NCBI GenBank assembly: GCA_052327205.1 | Contig: CM126208.1 | Coordinates: 255,440,001-255,504,000 of the forward strand | From: Somniosus microcephalus | Lineage: Eukaryota | Direction: 5' to 3' | DNA: 64,000 nucleotides | Shown: piece after piece, positions 11,255 to 23,818 of the stretch | How the letters are laid out: each line of letters starts with the position of its first letter | How positions within the stretch are numbered: position 1 is the first letter of the stretch | Notes under the pieces: generated by a model | Database searches by the model: none | What the model saw: only the letters and a program-made list of their open reading frames with translations | Told to the model about the DNA's origin: nothing | Position numbers and translations under genes: made by a program

Positions 11255-14200
11255 TCCTTCCCAGTGCCACGTGCTAGTAAGTATAGGAATGGGAGGATAG
11301 AGCAGATGAATGCGTGGCTAAAGAGTTGGTGTAGGGGGGAGGGTTTTACTTTCCTGGATCACTGGGCCTGCTTCTGGGAAAGGTGGGACTTGTACAAGTC
11401 GGACGGGTTGCACCTGAACCAGAGCGGGACAAATATCCTTGCGGGGAGGTTTGCTAGCACTGTTGGGGGGGGTTTAAACTAACTTGGCAGGGGGATGGGA
11501 TACAGAGGGGAGCTGAAATAGGGGGGGATGTGCTGCCAATTATAGAGAAAAAAACAAGTCAGCTTGGTAGACAGGGCAAATATATAAGGGCAAGGCTGGA
11601 TGGCATCTATTTTAATGCAAGGAGTCTTGCGAATAAGGTGGATGAACTGAAGGTGTTGATAAACACATGGGAGTATGATATTGTTGCTATCACGGAGACA
11701 TGGTTGAGGGAAGGGCAAGACTGGCAGCTCAATATTCCGGGGTACAGAATCTTCAGGCGAGACAGAGGGGGAGGTATAAGAGGAGGGGGTGTCGCAATAT
11801 TAATTAAGGAGTCAATTACTGCAGTAAGGAGGGATGATATATTAGCAGGGTCCTCTAATGAGGCCATATGGGTGGAGCTTAAAAACAAAAAGGGGGCAAG
11901 CACTTTGCTGGGAGTGTACTATAGGCCTCCAAACAGTCAGGGGGAGATAGAGGAACAGATATGTAGGCAAATCTCAGAGAAATGTGCAAATAATAGGGTA
12001 ATAATAATGGGGGATTTCAACTTCCCCAATATTAACTGGGATAGTCAGAGTGTGAAAGGCTCAGAGGGTGTAGAATTCTTAAAGTGCATCCAGGAGAGCT
12101 TTTTGAGCCAGCATGTAGAAAGTCCTACAAGAGAGGGGGCGGTACTGGACCTAATTCTCGGGAATGTGGCCGGCCAAGTGGAAAAAGTGCTAGTAGGTGA
12201 GCACTTTGGTGATAGTGACCATAATATGGTAAGATTTAAGGTGGCCATGGAAAAGGACAGGGATGGGCCGGAAATAAAGGTTCTAAATTGGGGGAAGGCC
12301 GATTTTAATAGGATAAGGCAGGATCTGGCCAAAATGGACTGGGATCAGCTACTTGTAGGAAAATCCGCATCGGAGCAATGGGAGGCTTTCAGAAGGGAGA
12401 TTGAGAACATACAATGGCAACATGTTCCCGTAAAGGTCAAGGGTGGTTCCAAAAACCACAGGGAACCTTGGATGTCAGGGGATATACGGGAATGGATTAG
12501 GAAAAAAAGGAGGGCTTTTGGTAGATACAAAAGGCTAAAGACGGAGGAAGCCCTAGAGGAGTACAAAAAGTGCAGGGGGATACTTAAAAAAGAAATTAGG
12601 AGATCAAGGAGGGGCCATGAAATAACACTGGCAAGCAAAATAAAGGAAAATCCGAAGATGTTTTATAAGTATATTAAGGGTAAGAGGATAACTAGGGAAA
12701 AAATAGGGCCCATTAGGGACAAAAGTGGCAATCTGTGTGTGGAGCCGGAAGATGTAGGAGGGGTTCTGAATGAATTTTTTGCGTCTGTTTTCACTATGGA
12801 GAAGGACGATGTAGACATAGAAATAGGGCGGGGGGACTGTGATATGCTCGAACATATTAACATCGAGCGGGGGGGAGGTATTGGCGGTTTTAGCTGGCCT
12901 AAAAATGGATAAATCCCCAGGCCCGGATGAAATGTATCCCAGGCTGCTGTGTGAGGCAAAGGAGGAGATTGCGGGGGCTCTAACACATATATTCAGGACC
13001 TCTCTGGCCACAGGGGATGTGCCAGAGGACTGGAGAACCGCTAATGTAGTACCATTATTCAAGAAGGGTAGTAGGGAAAAACCGGGGAACTACAGGCCAG
13101 TGAGCCTAACATCAGTGGTAGGAAAATTATTGGAAAAAATCCTGAGGGACAAAATGTGTCTCCACTTGGAGAGGCAAGGATTAATCAGGGATAGTCAACA
13201 TGGCTTTGTCAAGGGAAGATCATGTCTGACTAATTTGATTGAATTTTTTGAGGGGGTGACTAGGTGTGTGGATGAGGGTAACGCAGTGGATGTGGTATAC
13301 ATGGATTTCAGTAAGGCCTTCGATAAAGTCCCGCACAGGAGACTGGTCAAGAAGGTAAGAGCCCATGGAATCCAGGGTGCCTTGGCACATTGGATACAAA
13401 ACTGGCTTAGTGGCAGAAGGCAGAGGGTGATGGTCGAAGGTTGTTTTTGTGACTGGAAGCCTGTGGCCAGTGGGGTACCACAGGGATCGGTGCTGGGTCC
13501 CTTGCTGTTTGTGGTCTACATTAATGACTTGGATATGAATGTAAAGGGTATGATCAGTAAGTTCGCGGATGATACAAAAATTGGTAGGGTGGTAAATAGC
13601 GAGGAGGGTAGCCTCAGTCTGCAGGACGATATAGATGGGTTGGTCAGATGGGCGGAACAGTGGCAAATGGAATTTAACCCGGAAAAGTGCGAGGTGATGC
13701 ACTTTGGGGGGACTAACAAGGCAAAGGAATACACAATGAATGGAAAGACCCTAGGCAAGACGGAGGGTCAGAGGGATCTGGGTGTGCAAGTACACAGATC
13801 CCTGAAGGCGGCGGAACAGGTGGATAAGGTGGTAAAAAAGGCATATGGGATACTTGCCTTCATTAGCCGAGGCATTGAATATAAGAGCAAGGAGGTTATG
13901 ATGGAGCTGTATAAAACACTGGTTAGGCCACAGCTGGAATATTGTGTGCAGTTCTGGTCGCCACACTACAGGAAGGATGTGATCGCGTTAGAGAGGGTGC
14001 AGAGGAGGTTCACCAGGATGTTACCAGGGCTGGAGCGCTTCAGCTATGAAGAGAGACTGGGCAGGTTGGGTTTGTTTTCCTTGGAGCTGAGGAGGCTGAG
14101 GGGGGACATGATTGAGGTGTACAAAATTATGAGGGGCATAGATAGGATGGATGCTGAGGAGCTTTTTCCCTTAGTAGAGGGGTCGATAACTAGGGGGCAT

Positions 14201-14489
14201 AGATTCAAGGTAAAGGGCGGGAGGTTTAGAGGGGATTTGAGAAAGAACTTTTTCACCCAGAGGGTGGTTGGAGTCTGGAACTCACTGCCTGAAAGGGTTG
14301 TGGAGGCAGAAACCCTCACAACATTTAAGAAGCATTTGGATGTGCACTTGAAATGCCATAGCATACAAGGCTACGGACCAAATGCTGGAATATGGGATTA
14401 GATTAGACAGGGCTTGATGGCCGGCGCGGACACGATGGGCCGAAGGGCCTCTATCCGTGCTGTATTACTCTATGACTCTATGACTCTAT
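11255..14489 (+). mobile_element. CR1-clade LINE, 5'-truncated within ORF1, with near-complete ORF2
   Basis: ORF1 C-terminal esterase-like segment DGLHLNQSG (11264-11482); APE endonuclease (ITETW, GDFN, SDH); RT (PQGSVLGP, FADD); 3' UTR stem-loop and (CTCTATGA)n tail. Confidence 0.95.
11530..14401 (+). pseudogene. CR1 ORF2 endonuclease-reverse transcriptase with a single +1 frameshift at about 12869-12875
   Basis: Two overlapping stop-free ORFs (11530-12912, 12839-14401) join at a G7 run. Confidence 0.9.
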
Positions 14490-15419
14490 AGCAAGCACCA
14501 GAGACTTTCAATTGTGGTAGGAGCACCAACATTGAGTCTACATGAGCAGGAGATGCTGGAAATCATGGGTAATCAGGAAAGGTTGTAGGAGATGGCAATG
14601 GAGAGTAATATCGGGTGGGGTGTAAAACCGACGTTCCACCCGATCCCGTGGGTTACCCACCTGACGGGTTAGGTCAAAATTACCCCCAAGAAGCATCTTT
14701 CTCCTGCTCTCACTTAGTTATAGACATCTCCTTATGAATAACAAGCCACATGATCTCTCAGATGAACTTTTTGAATAGCAAAAGCCTCTAGTGTTCAAGC
14801 ACAAATTCTCTTTAATCTCAACATTGCATATGAAAGGAACATTACTATTTCATCATTTAACAAAAATATGATTCCCCTCCCCCATATTATTCTAAAATGA
14901 AATACAATGTTACAAAAGTACAGCATGAAATGAACTCTTTTTACAATACAGTGATGAAAATATTCACTTTCGAATGCTGACATAGAACTCCAGCTGGGAC
15001 ATTCACTTGTTTGCTCAGCTGCAACAGCCCACAATCACATGTTCTCAATTATTGCCTCTCATGCTATGCATAAATGCACACTTCACACCATCTTCTTCAT
15101 TAAACACCCGATCACAGGCTAAAGTAGATGCACTGGAGTTGGTTGGCAACCTAAATCCAGGTCATAATTCTGTTTTTGATTCTGGTTACACAAGATTTTC
15201 CAAAAATACACACAACCATACCAGGACAAAATGTACATTTTTGGCACTGGGTGGTTAATCAGCTTTGCAGGAGTTGTAGATATTTGGCTGCAAATAAGAT
15301 TAAATTTTCTGGTCCTGGCACTTCAGCGCCAAGACCAGGGGGACTGATGGAGCACTAACAAGTGCAGTGGTTTAAACCAACCCTCCATTATATCTAGACA
15401 TGGACTGCCTTAGGCGCTG

Positions 15420-15772
15420 TTAGTCATGGAAGAGAAAAAGAATTAGTGCCCAGTCAGCCTCCAGACATGTGGTCTGTGTGATTTCCTGGACTATTTCCCA
15501 TTGCCTTAGGGGGTCAGAGAGGAATTTCCCAGATTGTTTCCCCGCCAATACCCCCCAACACCCTCCCCTCTCCCCCAACCTCGCCCCCACCCCGGATTGG
15601 CCTTGGGTTTTTTCCTGGGTTTTTGCCTCTCCCAGGAGATTACATGACTGATGGTGGGCAGGTGGGTATGTGTGGTGGTGGCTATGGGTGATGCTCCAGG
15701 CATTGCAGTTGTGTGGGGCAAGCTCGATGGACCAACTGGTCTTTTCCTGTCTGTCGATTTGTATGTTCATAT
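15420..15772 (+). mobile_element. CR1-type LINE 3' end fragment (different subfamily, long 3' UTR)
   Basis: Terminal GATGGACC...GGTCTTTTCCTGTC stem-loop followed by TATGTTCATATG-type tail. Confidence 0.55.
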
Positions 15773-16304
15773 GGTTGTATTACAGCTTTGTGACAGACTC
15801 CATTCCAACTACTATTCTATATGTTATCAACTTGGGGTTTTATATTTCTACATAGTAGCCGAGGATGTTAGTACAGATTTTATTTATTTATATTTTCCCG
15901 CTCATTTTAATCCCTCTCCTTGAGTCTCATTCATGTTAGGGTTTGGTTCCACTGGTATAAACTGCTCCCTAGTAGGGAAAGTGTCATATCTGTGGGGTGC
16001 AAAGCATGTCAACTGGCTCAAGCTTCACACTCACTAAAAAGCAACCAATGAGTAAACATTTAAACGATCACAAAGCTACACAGGGAATGTCATTAACTCT
16101 CAAACAATTTCCATACATTAAAAAAAGGAGCAATAACATCCCTTAAAAATGGAAAAAGAAAGCCTTTTATCATTCCCCCCTCAATTGTCTCCCCCACTCC
16201 AGCATTTTAGGGATTCTTGGCATGGAGAGTTTAATTCCCACACCTCCTCCTATTCACTCCTGTTCCCTGCTCTCACCTCACCCTGTGACATACTGTCAAA
16301 GCAA

Positions 16305-16457
16305 CAGGAGTAGGCCATTCAGCTCCTCGAGCCTGATCCACCATTCAGTTAGGTCTCAGCTAAATTGGAGCTCGACTCCATTTACCCACCTTTGCTCCAT
16401 ATCCTTTGATACTCTTACCTAACAAAAATCTATTGATCTCAGTCTTGAAAATTTTCA
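16305..16457 (-). mobile_element. CR1 3' end fragment
   Basis: AGGAGTAGGCCATTCAGCTCCTCGAGCCTG is the reverse complement of the CR1 3' UTR seen at 18650-18690. Confidence 0.7.
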
Positions 16458-16479
16458 CTTCTGAAGAGCTTTGGGATGT

Positions 16480-18703
16480 TTCAGAGACTAGGGTCCTGAA
16501 TTTAAATAAAGGAAACTATGATGGTATGAGGCGCGAGTTGGGTAGGATTGATTGGGGAATGTCACTCAAAGGGTTGACCATGGATAGGCAATGGCAAACA
16601 TTCAAAGGTCGCATGGATGAACTACAGAATTTGTTCATCCCAGTTTGGCATAAAAATAAAACAAAAAAGGTGACTCAACTGTGGCTAACAAGAGAAATTA
16701 GGGATAGCATAAGATCCAAGGAGAGGACATATAAATTGGCCAGAAAAAGCAGTAAACCTGAGGATTGGGAGCAGTTTAAGATTCAGCAAAGGAGCACTAA
16801 GGGATTAATTAAGAGGGGGGAAATAGAATATGAGAGTAAGCTTGCAGGGAACATAAAAACTGACTGTAAAAGCTTTTATAGATATGTGAAGAGAAAAAGA
16901 TTGGTGAAGTCAAGCGTAGGTCCCTTGCAGTCAGAATCAGGGGAATTTATAATGAGGAACAAAGAAATGGCAGACCAATTAAATACATACTTTGGTTCTG
17001 TCTTCACAAAGGAGGACACAAATAACCTCCCAGAGATGTCGGGGAACATAGGGTCTAATGAGAGGGAGGAACTGAATGAAATCAGAATTTGTAGGGAAAT
17101 GGTGTTAGGGAAATTGATGGGATTGAAGGCCGATAAATCCCCAGGGCATGATAATCTACATCCTAGGGTACTTAAGGAAGTGGCCCTAGAAATAGTAGAT
17201 GCATTGCTGGTCATCTTCCAAAATTCGATAGACTCTGGAACAGTACCCATGGATTGGAGGGTAGCTAATGTTACCCCACTATTCAAAAAAGGTGGTAGAG
17301 AGAAAACAGGGAATTATAGACCGGTAAGCCTGACTTTGGTAGTGGGGGAAATGCTAGAGTCCATTATAAAAGATGTAATAGCAGAGCACTTGGAAAACAG
17401 TGACAGGATCGGACAAAGTCAACATGGATTTACAAAATGCTTGACTAATCTACTGGAATTTTTTGAGGATGTAACTGGTAAAATAGATAAGGAAGAACCA
17501 GTGGATGTGGTATATTTGGACTTTCAGAAGGCTTTCGATAAGGTCACACATAAGAGATTAGCATGTAAAGTTAAGGCACATGGGATTGGGGACAAGGTAT
17601 TGACTTGGATAGAGAACTGGTTGGCAGACAGAAAGCAAAGAGTTGGAATAAATGGGTCTTTTTCTGAGTGGCAGGCAGTGACTAGTGGGGTACCGCAGGG
17701 ATCGGTCCTAGGACCCCAGCTATTCACAATATATATTAATGATCTAGACGAGGGAACTAGATGTAATATCTCCAAGTTTGCAGACGACACAAAGCTGGGT
17801 GGGCGTGTGTACTGTGAGGAGGATGCCGAGAAACTCCAATACGATTTGGACAGGTTGGGTGATTGGGCAGAAGCATGGCAGATGCAATATAATGTGGATA
17901 TATGCGAGGTTATCCACTTTGGTGTCAAAAACAGGAAGGCAGATTATTATCTGAATGGCAATAGATTGGGAGAAGGGGAAGTGCAACGAGAGTTGGGTGT
18001 CCTTGTGCACCAGTCGCTGAAGGTAAGCATGCAGGTGCTGCAGGCGGTTAAGAAGGCAAATGGTATGTTGGCCTTCATAGCGAGAGGGTTCGAGTACAGG
18101 AACAAGGATGTCTTGCTGCAGTTGTACAGGGCCTTGGTGAGACCACATCTTGAGTATTGTGTGCAGTTTTGGTTGCCTTATCTGAGGAAGGATGTTTTTG
18201 CCATGGAGGGAGTGCAACGAAGATTCACCAGGCTGATCCCTGGGATGGCAGGAATGACGTATGAGGAGAGATTGGGTCGATTGGGCTTATACTCGCTGGA
18301 GTTTAGAAGAATGAGAGGGGATCTCATTGAAACTTATAAAATTCTAACAGGACTAGACAGACTAGATGCAGGAAGGATGTTCCCGATGGCCAGGGTGCCC
18401 AGAACCAGGGGTCACAGTCTAAGGATAAGGGGTAAACCACTTATGACAGAGATGAGGAGGAATTTCTTCACCCAGAGAGTGGTGAACCTGTGGAATTCTC
18501 TACCACAGAAGGCAGTAAAGGCCAATTCATTAAATATATTCAAGAAGGAGTTAGATATATTTCTTAAGGCTAAAGGGATCAAGGGATATGGAGAGAAGGC
18601 AGGGACAGGGTACTGAATTTGGATGATCAGCCATGATCTCATTGAATGGCGGAACAGGCTCGAGGGGCCGAATGGCCTACTCCTGCTCCTATCTTCTATG
18701 TTC
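16480..18703 (+). mobile_element. CR1-clade LINE, 5'-truncated, open RT frame to stop at 18616
   Basis: Stop-free ORF with DKSPG, NYRPVSLT, PQGSVLGP, FADD and GY* terminus; lacks endonuclease; CR1 3' UTR follows. Confidence 0.95.
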
Positions 18704-20649
18704 ATTACATCAAAGGCACTGTACAAGAGCAAGTTGTTGTTATTGATTCAGTGATTTTATTAATCCAATACAAATCATAAAAAATTTGACACAGTGTGTA
18801 TACTTTATATATTAATAATACAATCAGCATGCCCACAATAACTATATTATCGAATGTTTATACACAGAGGTTCCATTTTATTAAATCTGTGAGGAGCAGC
18901 ACATTTTAAATCATTGTCCAATTAGTGTGCCTCCATTTAATTAACCTTCAAAGTACTGAATTTACTATTAGGAAACTTTGAATGTAAACTGGTATATACA
19001 GTGTTTGGTTTCATTGTGACTGAAATGATCTTGTGTTGGTAAAGGTATTATTACAAACCAATTTACATATAAGTCATATATATTATATGGCCTGTTGAGA
19101 TAATATAATGTCCTGCAGAATGTGAGGCCTGCGATGAGTTGAAACTCCTGGTGTGACAGTGAGTCACTGCAAGACTCAAGTGAACTCTAGAAATTTGTAT
19201 TACGTTACCACTTCACAGGTAAGAGGCTCCTTTGACTCTTGACTCTTTTGTGCTTGTATATACATGTACTCTAACATTCCTTTTTTCTTTGACCTCAACT
19301 CTCATTCCTATACTTTTTTTGACACTGATTACTGTCATCAGTCACACAAATTTGTAATAGCTTTCACTTCTGCCCTTTGTTTCCCTTGTGGAGGACAGGA
19401 AGCTTGGATTAGGAATGGTAGACTTGATTGTTATTATTTCTAATCCTTTGACTTTACTCTACAAAGTTAGTCCTTACACGTGCTTTTTTTTAAACTAATT
19501 ATTTTATGGATATCACTCCAGACTACATTGTTTATATTTTGTTATCTAGAGTGCAACTGTGTTTGTGAGGTTATTTACAACAGTTTCAAATGTAGCACAT
19601 TTGTAAAGTGAAATGTTCCTTGTAATAATATCACAGTTTAATTTCATTAAAACATTCTAGAATAAATTGATCATTGGAACTGAAGAGAGAAGATATACTT
19701 AAATTTCACAGTATAATTAGAGCAAAATTGGGGCTCCCTCACTGGTTCAGTGATGAACCTGGCAGCAATCAATATTGCAGTACTGAAGCTACTCCCTTGC
19801 AGCTTAGTAGCATTGTTACTGTAAAATTAGGGGGGGGGGGTGCCACTTTCTAAACAGGTAGCCGTCTGAGGATCATCTATGTGAGTCACTTGTGTCTGTG
19901 CGAAATATCCTGCAAGGTCTGATGAGGAATATGGAGGAGTCCATTCGTTGGATCGATTTAGTCATGGATGAATGGTTGCCAAGCACTGTAGTCTACCAAA
20001 GAGCATATGGCAATTCCTATAACATGTGGAGCATGACCCTTATTGGCACAAGTCATGAGCACGTGGGAGAATCTCTTATGAATGCTCAGACTGTTAAAGG
20101 CCGTGGCCTCAAATCTAAAAGTGGCCATTTTGTCTGATTTGAACATGATGTTTAAATGTTGGATTTAGAGAACCTTCAGGTCCATAGAACTTGTTGCTGT
20201 TTGGAGTTCTGCTCCTACACAGACCAGTGCAGCTATGCTGAGGGAGTGGATAGCAATAGTAGCGTGCTTAGAGTAAGCACAGATAAAGCTACTGTTCCCA
20301 GCCTATTGAGCAGAGCCATCAATAAATACGACACAAGGAGGTATAGGTCTACCAGAATCACAACCAACTGTCACTGAAACTCTGCAACCAGCCACACACT
20401 TACTCCTTCCACAGGGGAATCACTTGGAACCACTATACACAATTCACCAGCACTAAAACACACCGGCAACACACACACATATATCACACAACGTAGGAGC
20501 CTAAATAGGAGACACTTGATGCTAAGAATTTCTTTATGATTGCTGGGCACTGATGATATTGGAGGAAGTGCAGATGATAGTGTTGCTGGAAATGTTTTGG
20601 TTACCTTATTTTTTTATTATATATATATATGTGTGGACAACAGGGTTTT

Positions 20650-22400
20650 TTTTAATGGCAGTTCAAGCACTTAGCTAAATGTATCTTATATGAGCACCTG
20701 TCAGACAAATCCTGCTCACTGCATTGAGGTTTCAAGAGCTACATTCTCATGGTTGCTGTCTGCCTCCTGCTCTGGCATTGCAGATTACAATTATCCTGGC
20801 AACCTAAATCATCCCTGATCTGTCCAGACATTTGAAACATTACTTCAAGATGCCAGTGATATGCTCAGTAATGATCCCAGTGGTTACATGGGCTCATTGC
20901 AATAGTGCTGAAGTCCTGTTCATGACTGCCACAAGGGTGCCAACAGACAGCTGAAGGAGGATATCTTTGGTGGTCTCGGAGCTATCCTTCTAGTTTTGCT
21001 GAGCCTTCGAATAAGCCTGACACATGTGATTGGCGTAATACAAGAGCATTGCACGTGCTGCCTAGGAAGCAGGCCTTGACCTGCACGATTCTTAGCAAGC
21101 TCCTGGCTCATACTGGGCCTGGTACTGGGATCTCACCAAAGGCAGGGGAAGTACATTGTTTCCAAGAGCAGCCCTTAAAGGGTTCCTGCCAAAATTAAAA
21201 AAGTAAGTGACCACATAGGGAGAAATATTTGTTCCAAAGATAGTAAGTATTTTAGATGTATTCTTCAGCTTTTCCAAAGGCTGTATGGAGCAGAGTAAAT
21301 GGCTGGCAAAACCTAAAGGAAAAACGAATGTGGATGCAGGAAACAGAGTCTGTCCAAATGAGGGGATGACACAGCACTCGACCCACCTGTGCGATGGCTG
21401 ACAAAGTGGAGCTCTTACTGTATGAGCTTGGTGGGGGGGGGGGGGTGGCAGGGGGGGTGAGGGAGGAAATGGGAAGTGGAGGATTGCTGTCTTTTGTGCT
21501 CCACGGTACCCACCCCAGAGGACAGCAGTGTAGTGTACCTGGTGGATAGTAGCTAGGCTCTACATTGTTCCATACCCATACAGCCTGGAACAGATGTAGA
21601 AGATGGCACACCTTAAAGAAGATGCCATGGTAAGACTAGCCAACAGTATCATATACCAGGGAGCTGGTCTAAGTCTGCATGCCTCATAGTGTTGTCAATC
21701 AATTTCACTTTTATTGCTGGCTGATACGAAGCCCTCATGTAACCTTGCAGCTCGTTCATTGCTTATTATGCATGCCAATACTTCAGGAGGACACACGTTC
21801 AAGCTGCAACTTACAACTGGCACACGTGCCCCACGCACATCTTCAAAAGGGTTTCACGCATAAAATCATTCTGAGAACCTATCTGGATGATACATGGTCA
21901 CATTCTGCCATACAGGATGGTCTACAGAATGACCACATGCCTAAAATCAATGGCTCCTGTAGTTTGGGAAGTGCAGCAGTGCGATAACATTGGGCAGCTA
22001 TGCCATACTGATTTTACTATTTATTGAGAAAGCAGATAAAAGTTCTGACCATAGTGACTTGTGCATCAGTCACTTGTTCGCTACGTGCGAGGAACACATT
22101 GGCAGGTATTGCAGATGATCCTGTGTTAGCCTGGAAGGAGGCGGAAGCAGAAAAATTTGAGAGAGATGATGACCCCGATTCCTACCAGCAAAGTCTTATG
22201 GTGCGGGTTGGCCGCAGGTATACTTGCAGCTGATGACATAGATCTTCAACTGGCTTTATGCTGACCTGGAGCCTGCAGAGTCAAGTTTCCTGTAGCCATT
22301 GGTGAGTTGGTGAATTAGGGCCTGCAGATATAATGGTTGGGTCGTCTGGCTCTACTGCCTGTTGATTTCCCTGACATGCCTTCACTACCGCACAATACTG
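20650..22400 (-). pseudogene. Highly degraded Harbinger (HARBI1-like) transposase
   Basis: Manual minus-strand translation gives ASASFQ..TG and QVTDA (about 22070-22160), FLGSTCNALVLRQS..LFEG (about 21000-21080) and EHITGILK*CFKCLDRSG (about 20815-20870), in the order expected for Harbinger transposases. Confidence 0.6.
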
Positions 22401-23478
22401 TATCTGGGGCACGTCAAAATCAACTGCCATCATCATTTTAATTTGACTGGCCAACTCCTATGAGACTTTTCACTTAGATACCTTGACACGCCCCAAGCTC
22501 CTGTGCAAGTCTGGATTGTAAGAGGCCCTTATTTCAGCTCTTCCTGTTTTGCTGAAGTCTTGGAAATGTTTCAATTAATGTCAGCTTTCTGGTGAATTTA
22601 CAGACAAATCAAGCATTTAGATCCCACATGACTATATTCCTCAAATAAGTTTTTAAAATAGAACTTTTTCTCATTAAAATGCCAACAACCGGTACTAATG
22701 TCTTGTAAAACTGGAAAATAAAAAGGATGGCTAAATAGCCTGTGACTCTAGAGTTGCATTATCCATAGGCTCACGCTAGAGGGGCAAAGGGATTGGGCGG
22801 TGCAATCCTCTCCTAAGCAGACAGGAAACTGCTGCCAACTTTATTTAAATGGATTGTAATATTTAAAGAACGCTTTGACCCATTTGCAGCAAACCCACCT
22901 TGGGCATGTCTAAAAGGCCCACCAGATGATTGTGCTCAGTGCTGAAATGGAGCGGAGTGGACTATATGGATCCAAGCCAGATTTTCAGATCCTCTGGTGC
23001 CTGTTCCGCATGGGGACCAGAAACTATTAGGTCCCTGCCTGCCTCTTGCAGGCCCTTGGCAATGGTCTGATTCTGTATGTTAAAATAAGGGGGTGAATGG
23101 GGCTAGGTTGCGCAATCCTGATATTTTAACCCACACCCCACTTCCCGCCTGTCGAGGCCTATGCTTTTTACGCTACCTGATATCTTTGGCAGAACTTCCT
23201 GGTGCCAAGGTAGGAATAAAAGTTATCCATTTTGCAGTGAACTTTGTCAGCAGAAACTTGCTGATGTTTGTGTAATTCAATGCACTCTCCTCTTAACAAA
23301 GCAACTATTGCCAGGCACAATTATTACAAGGTTGCACACAGCTCAAGTATAGATGTGCACACCACCTTCAATGCCTCGACAGCAATTTTAGACCAGGCAG
23401 AAACATATGCACTTGGAACAATGTTGGCCACTAATGCACATTTGACCCTGGTGTAACCATCATTACCGAGAGCATGGT

Positions 23479-23818
23479 TAGAGTCATACAGCACAGAAGG
23501 AGGCCATTTGCCCCATCGTGCCTGTGCCAGCTCTTTGAAAGAGCTATCCAATTAGCCCCACTCTCTTGTTCTTTCCACATAGCCCTGTGAATTGTTCCTT
23601 TAAGTATTTATCCAATTGCCTTATGAAAGTTACTATTGAATCTGCTTCCACCACCCTTTCAGCCAGTGCATTCCAGATCATAACAACTCGCTGCGTAAAA
23701 ACATTTCTCCTCATGTCGCCTCTGGCTCTTTAGCCAATTACCTTAAATCTGTGTCCTCTGGTTACCGACACTCCTGCCAGTAGAAACAGTTTCTCCTTAT
23801 TTACTCCATCAAAACCCC
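23479..23818 (-). mobile_element. CR1 3' fragment
   Basis: Reverse complement of CR1 ORF2 end and 3' UTR; same subfamily as 57508-57783. Confidence 0.8.

Noticed and set aside
16406-16479. Start of the 736-aa ORF as an independent RT gene
   Set aside because: The first residues come from an inverted CR1 tail and junction DNA; the rest is a truncated LINE ORF2.
19895-19935. CGAAATATC...CTGATGAG as a type II hammerhead
   Set aside because: Stems I and II do not pair; probably chance.
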